NCBI GenBank assembly: GCA_041746575.1
Contig: JBGTGT010000054.1
Coordinates: 1-64,000, forward strand
Length of the DNA: 64,000 nucleotides
Source of the DNA: Microcystaceae cyanobacterium
GTDB taxonomy: Bacteria; Cyanobacteriota; Cyanobacteriia; Cyanobacteriales; Microcystaceae
Reading direction: 5' to 3'
Positions within the stretch are counted from its first letter, which is position 1. Each line of letters starts with the position of its first letter. The translations under genes and the position numbers were made by a program. This document shows, one piece after another, positions 59,537-64,000 of this stretch. The notes beneath the pieces are model-generated. The model was not told the DNA's origin. It worked only from the letters and a program-made list of their open reading frames with translations, and searched no databases.

Positions 59537-60565
59537 TTAATTTTGAGGACTTGTCTGAGGTTGAGTCGCTTTTATCTGTTGTTGCTGTTGAAGATGACGA
59601 TTCGTGAGATAACGATTAAAAATATGCTCCATTTTAGCGATCGCTCTTGCCAATAGACCACTGCCGAATCCGAATGTTAAGCGATGAGCGAGGGGGTAAA
59701 TAATCGTGCCGTAGCGTCTCCAGCCCATTTTTTTGTATTTATTCTGAAAATATCCATCTTCTGCCAAATTCCACTTGTCCTGAATCCGCTTTAAACTCGC
59801 CAATTGCCACGCATTGCTCCAGCGCAACATATAAAAGTGTAAATCGGTCCATTCTAAAGGGGGTCCCGGCACATAAGTTACAATCGAGGCAGGTTCAAAA
59901 TAGACTTTTTCGCCAGCATTTCGGACGATCATGCAAAAGTCTAAGTGTTCTTTGGTGTTCATAATGGCTTCATCTAAATATCCCACTTTCTCAAAGATGG
60001 AACGACGCACTAAAACACAATGAAATTCAGCTAGTTCGGTTTCTGCGCGACTGATTTCACGATAAATTTCTTGGACTTTTTTGCCTTGTTTATACATTTT
60101 TTCTTTGAGTCTTCGACGGCCTAATTGATCTACCCAAATATGGGATTCTCCGCCAGCAAAATGCACAATTTCATGCAAAGGTTTTTCTTGACACATTAAG
60201 GGGCCGACAACCGCCGCTTCGCTTTCTTCTGCACAAGCCACAAGAGATTTTAACCAACCTTTAGTGACAATAACGTCGTTATCCATAAACACTAAATAGG
60301 GGGTTTTGACGTGGCTTAGACCCAAATTCCGCGCTTGATTCGGGGTTAAATAATAGTCAGTTCGTAAAAGTTGAAAGTTTTTTGCCTGCGCTTGCTGTTG
60401 TAAATACTGGTGAACTTTATTAGGGGAATTCCCATCCACATAAATTAAATTGAAAGGGATGGTTGTATGTTCATAAATACTTTCTAGAGATTCTTGAGTA
60501 CAGCTAAAGCGTTCACGGGGAACAACAACTAGAGTAACTCGGGGTTCTGATTGTAGATTTTTCAT
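59537..60565 (-). CDS. GT2 glycosyltransferase
   Basis: VVVPRERF, VDGNSP, ARNLG, FMDND, EHLDF. Confidence 0.85.
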   Translation of the reverse strand: MKNLQSEPRVTLVVVPRERFSCTQESLESIYEHTTIPFNLIYVDGNSPNKVHQYLQQQAQAKNFQLLRTDYYLTPNQARNLGLSHVKTPYLVFMDNDVIVTKGWLKSLVACAEESEAAVVGPLMCQEKPLHEIVHFAGGESHIWVDQLGRRRLKEKMYKQGKKVQEIYREISRAETELAEFHCVLVRRSIFEKVGYLDEAIMNTKEHLDFCMIVRNAGEKVYFEPASIVTYVPGPPLEWTDLHFYMLRWSNAWQLASLKRIQDKWNLAEDGYFQNKYKKMGWRRYGTIIYPLAHRLTFGFGSGLLARAIAKMEHIFNRYLTNRHLQQQQQIKATQPQTSPQN

Positions 60566-60605
60566 TGTCTTCTAAGATGATAAAGTAACAGAATTAAAAC
60601 TTAAG

Positions 60606-61850
60606 TTAGGGGAACTTTTTTCCCAATTTAATGACTTGTTCATAAAGAATCACTAATTTATCATTAAGTTTGTCTAAATCATAATTTTTTTCTACGTAAT
60701 CACGACCTGCTTTGCCCATTTTACTCCATTTTTCAGGATGCTGAATTAAGCAGTCCAATTTATTGGCTAAAGCTTCTATATCTCGCTCGGGAACAAGATA
60801 GCCGGATACACCATCTTGCACTAATTCGGGGATACCACCGTGGTAGGTACTGATCACTGGTAATCCCATCGCCATAGCCTCTTTTAAGACATTAATGGGT
60901 GCGTCTTGATTGCCATCTTTTGCGGTGACGCTCGGTGCAATGAAAAGATGAGATTGCTCTAAAATTTCTTTAATTTCTGTCTCGTTTTTCCAGCCGACTA
61001 ATTTAATAATATTTTGCATTCCTAAGGCTTGAATCAGTCGCTCAAAATCGTATCTGAGTTCCCCATCTCCAATAATGCGATATTCTAAATGAGGGGTGAT
61101 TTGGGCTTGTTTTGCCACCGCGCGAATACTATATTCAATCCCTTTTTTTTCTACTAAGCGTCCTGTTGTAACAATCCGAATCGTTTCGTCTTGTTTAAGA
61201 AAACGAGGTTGAAAAGTAAATTGTTGACAATCTATCCCAGAAAAATGGACTTTAATTAATTCTGCTGGACATCCCAGCGCAATAGCTTTCTGCCGAAAAA
61301 ATTCGCAATTAGCTAAGAAAAAGTCCCCTGTTTTAAACAATTTACCATAAATATCTCTCCCTTTTTTGGCAACAAATGTGCTGATATCATAGCCTCTAAA
61401 AATCGTGATCAATTTAGCTTGAGGAGCGTTCATCACTTGAAAAGCCATCGCTCGAAAACTAAGATGACCAAATTGACAATGAATAATATCATAGTTTTTA
61501 TTAAAATTGGGAATTAAACTATACAGCAACCAAAGAAAGAAAGACTGTTTACCGTATTGAAAGATATTTAAGGATTTTGCCGTTTTAAGCGGATCTTGAA
61601 GACCAAATTTTAAAATTAGATAAATTCCTTTAAAGATTCTCAGGAATAATGCGTCTGGAATAGCAGGAAGATAATAAGTTCTATCTAGTAACTGGTAAGT
61701 GTTGACGGCAGAATGAACATGAGTGGTATTGCCTTTTTTTTCGGCATAAATATCAACTTCATGACCCCGTTCAATGAGTCCCGTAATTTGATTTAGAATA
61801 AAAGTTTCTGATAAAATAGGGAATTCCCCAACAATAAAGGCAATTTTCAT
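60606..61850 (-). CDS. GT4 glycosyltransferase, WcaL-like
   Basis: FP.LSETFILNQI, GRLVEKKG, PSVTAKDGNQD, EAMAMGLP, HGGIPE. Confidence 0.9.
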   Translation of the reverse strand: MKIAFIVGEFPILSETFILNQITGLIERGHEVDIYAEKKGNTTHVHSAVNTYQLLDRTYYLPAIPDALFLRIFKGIYLILKFGLQDPLKTAKSLNIFQYGKQSFFLWLLYSLIPNFNKNYDIIHCQFGHLSFRAMAFQVMNAPQAKLITIFRGYDISTFVAKKGRDIYGKLFKTGDFFLANCEFFRQKAIALGCPAELIKVHFSGIDCQQFTFQPRFLKQDETIRIVTTGRLVEKKGIEYSIRAVAKQAQITPHLEYRIIGDGELRYDFERLIQALGMQNIIKLVGWKNETEIKEILEQSHLFIAPSVTAKDGNQDAPINVLKEAMAMGLPVISTYHGGIPELVQDGVSGYLVPERDIEALANKLDCLIQHPEKWSKMGKAGRDYVEKNYDLDKLNDKLVILYEQVIKLGKKFP

Positions 61851-61980
61851 GAGCGGTTACGATGGGTAATAGAGTGATTAAGAAGCGACGTCCTTCGTTG
61901 GTAAACCCTTACCTTAATATCCTACTTAAATTAAGCATAAAAGCGTTAAGCCGGTTACAGACAGGATGGCTATTTTACGA

Positions 61981-62898
61981 CTATTCCCTTAAGGCAGTAC
62001 CTCCCAATTGTAAACGGAGTTTTTCCCAAGCTGAGAGATGACGCACTCCCCAGAAAATCAAAAAAACCATCATTTTTTCATAAATTCCTGACAATCGTTG
62101 ATCTGAAAAAGTTCGCCGCGCAAAATTCAAAGGAGGCGTTAAATCTTGAGCCAAACTGGAGAGAAGCTTTATCAAAAATTGTTCTTGAGATTGGGCATTC
62201 TTTTTCATTAAATCATAATGTCCTCCTGCATAGCGTCTCGTTTTTCGATAAAGGTCTAGAAAAGAAGAGCGAGCCGGGTGATAAATTTTAACGTCCTCTG
62301 CGTAAATCAGTTGATACCCTTTGGCATAAACGCGGTTTCCCCAATCGACATCCCCCCCAGATTTAAGGGCGATATTAAACAAACCTACCTTTTCAAAAAT
62401 ATGTTTCCATGTAAAAACATTAGCGGTTGCGCCATAGTGATTTTCTTCGACAAATTGTTGCTGAGGAAGTGCCATTATTTTTTCATAAATTTCGACAGGG
62501 TTTAGGGGGCTAGCATGACGAAAGAAAATTTCAATTTTGCCTGCTACTAAGCCACCACTTGGATGACTAAGTAACGCTTGAACCCCATTTTCTAACCAGT
62601 TAGCTGTCGGGAGACAATCCGCATCCGTAAAAGCGATTATTTCACCTTTAGCGATGGATAACCCTTGATTTCGCGCGGCATAAGATCCTTGCTTGGCTTC
62701 ATAGGTATAGTAAGCATGGAAAAATTGAGACACCACGCTTTCGATAGCTTGCCCTTCATCCGACCCATTATCAACTACAATTACCTCATAATTGCCCGTT
62801 GCATAGGATTGTGCTTCTAAGGCTTCTAGACATTTTTCGAGTCTTTTGGCGTCGTTATAAACGGGAATAATCACCGAAACGAAAGGACAAACACTCAT
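61981..62898 (-). CDS. GT2 glycosyltransferase
   Basis: SVIIPVYN, VDNGS, GSYAARN, AFTDAD, SGGD. Confidence 0.9.
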   Translation of the reverse strand: MSVCPFVSVIIPVYNDAKRLEKCLEALEAQSYATGNYEVIVVDNGSDEGQAIESVVSQFFHAYYTYEAKQGSYAARNQGLSIAKGEIIAFTDADCLPTANWLENGVQALLSHPSGGLVAGKIEIFFRHASPLNPVEIYEKIMALPQQQFVEENHYGATANVFTWKHIFEKVGLFNIALKSGGDVDWGNRVYAKGYQLIYAEDVKIYHPARSSFLDLYRKTRRYAGGHYDLMKKNAQSQEQFLIKLLSSLAQDLTPPLNFARRTFSDQRLSGIYEKMMVFLIFWGVRHLSAWEKLRLQLGGTALRE

Positions 62899-62997
62899 CG
62901 CAATTAATTTAAGATTTGAGGATGGGGTGAATTGCCCTAATCCAGCGTTTCCCGTGGACTGGACAAGAGGGAAAGGGCAATGTCAGGCAATATTCGA

Positions 62998-64000
62998 TTA
63001 GGCCGCAATTTTGGGGTTAACAGGCTCAACCCCAGAAGAAGTCGCGGCTTTCGCTTGTTCTTTTGTCACAAAGTCCTCATGATAAGAGCGTTCGGTGTTC
63101 ACTTTCCACAGATTATGGTTTGCTCCCATAATATTTTCAGCGGCTAATAAAGCCGATAACATGGAATGATCTTGGTTGTTATAGCGGTGCATCCCGTTGC
63201 GTCCGACGGTTTGCAAATTATCAAAGGTATCGACATAGTCTTGTAAAACCTTTAAATGCCGCTTATATTCGCCGTCATACACGGGATAGGCTTTTTTCTG
63301 CCGAATGACTGTTCCATCTTCCACTTTGCGGATATCATCTACTAAGCCTAAGTTGACAATTTCCTCACTCGCCAGCCGAATTAAGTCAGCATTGTCCATT
63401 TCCCATAAGTCATCCCCTTGGCTACAGAAATACTCCATACCTAAGCAACTTTTACGAGTATCAGGTACCATTTTCGGACTCCAGTTTTTGAAGTTCTGAA
63501 TCCGTCCGACTTTGAATTCGGGGCTGTGAATGTAAATCCAGTTGTCGGGGAAAAGGTGTTCTTGATTAACCACGATTGGCACAATTAGGAAATCTCGGAA
63601 TTTCAAGCTACGAGCCGCTTTCAAGACATGATCTGGAGGTAGCGGGTCTAAACGGTGCATTAACGCCGGAATCGGCATGGTATTAATAAATTGATCTCCC
63701 GTCACCTCAAAGGTTTCATCACCTTTTTTGGCAATAATGCGGGTAATTCGTTGGCCTTCCCGCTCTACCTTAATCACTTCCGTATCTAGCAACACAGGAG
63801 AGCCTTGAGCATCGAGTTTCTCTTGACACCGTTCCCACATCATCCCCGGCCCTAGAATAGGATAATCAAATTCTTTAATCAGGGTTTTGGTGTTATTACT
63901 GCCAAATAAAGCATTAATGACCGCCTGTTTGAGAGATAACCCTTTAATCCGTTGTGCCGCCCAATCTGCTCGAATTTGCGTACAAGGAATGCCCCAGACT
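62998..64000 (-). CDS. FAD-dependent oxidoreductase (HemY/UDP-galactopyranose mutase-like); 5' end lies beyond the window
   Basis: Frame open to the window edge (VWGIPC..IRADWAAQRI..YP.LGPG); FPDNWIY, GRIQNFKNW, AYPVY, GRNGMHRYNNQDHSM. Confidence 0.8.
   Translation of the reverse strand, partial: VWGIPCTQIRADWAAQRIKGLSLKQAVINALFGSNNTKTLIKEFDYPILGPGMMWERCQEKLDAQGSPVLLDTEVIKVEREGQRITRIIAKKGDETFEVTGDQFINTMPIPALMHRLDPLPPDHVLKAARSLKFRDFLIVPIVVNQEHLFPDNWIYIHSPEFKVGRIQNFKNWSPKMVPDTRKSCLGMEYFCSQGDDLWEMDNADLIRLASEEIVNLGLVDDIRKVEDGTVIRQKKAYPVYDGEYKRHLKVLQDYVDTFDNLQTVGRNGMHRYNNQDHSMLSALLAAENIMGANHNLWKVNTERSYHEDFVTKEQAKAATSSGVEPVNPKIAA

Noticed and set aside
62930..62982. Possible structured RNA (ATTGCCCT...AGGGCAAT) in an intergenic gap of the glycan cluster
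   Set aside because: A single imperfect hairpin with no recognisable family; could be an ordinary mRNA stability or processing element.
1314..63499. Numerous 60-99-aa ORFs nested in or antisense to long genes (e.g. 5340-5522, 8613-8879, 19747-20415, 28973-29272, 55050-56195)
   Set aside because: They overlap well-supported CDSs in other frames and lack motifs; treated as spurious.

Overview
A 64-kb AT-rich cyanobacterial chromosome segment: HIP1 octamers GCGATCGC recur throughout, and ndhL, a tRNA-Leu(UAA) group I intron and cyanobacteria-type DUFs are present. It has four parts. (1) 1-600: a decayed accessory zone at the 3' end of tRNA-Thr(CGT), holding a nonsense-mutated small gene and one solitary type I-E-like CRISPR repeat. 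(2) 3.9-15.7 kb, the most unusual locus: a minus-strand operon in which two complementary AAA-35-type ATPases (a winged-HTH/AAA-35 protein, and a 2100-aa Ser/Thr kinase-AAA-GAF-PAS protein whose usual histidine kinase output is replaced by AAA-35) bracket an acetoacetate-decarboxylase-fold enzyme and a large FAD oxidoreductase. A phased ~11-bp repeat array lies upstream, and a short HetZ-related-like gene is transcribed divergently. (3) 15.8-36.7 kb: mostly housekeeping genes (hisB, tRNA-Leu, ndhL, metH, glgP, ubiA/plqA, mraY, pabC-like) with a few gene remnants. (4) 36.7-64 kb: a >27-kb minus-strand surface-polysaccharide cluster with many GT2/GT4 enzymes, several GT-C-like membrane proteins, Wzx, an ABC exporter, galE, a GH10, methyltransferases and a degenerate HD protein; one membrane gene carries an in-frame GC-rich palindromic insertion. 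All family assignments come from motif recognition by eye; no database searches were run.
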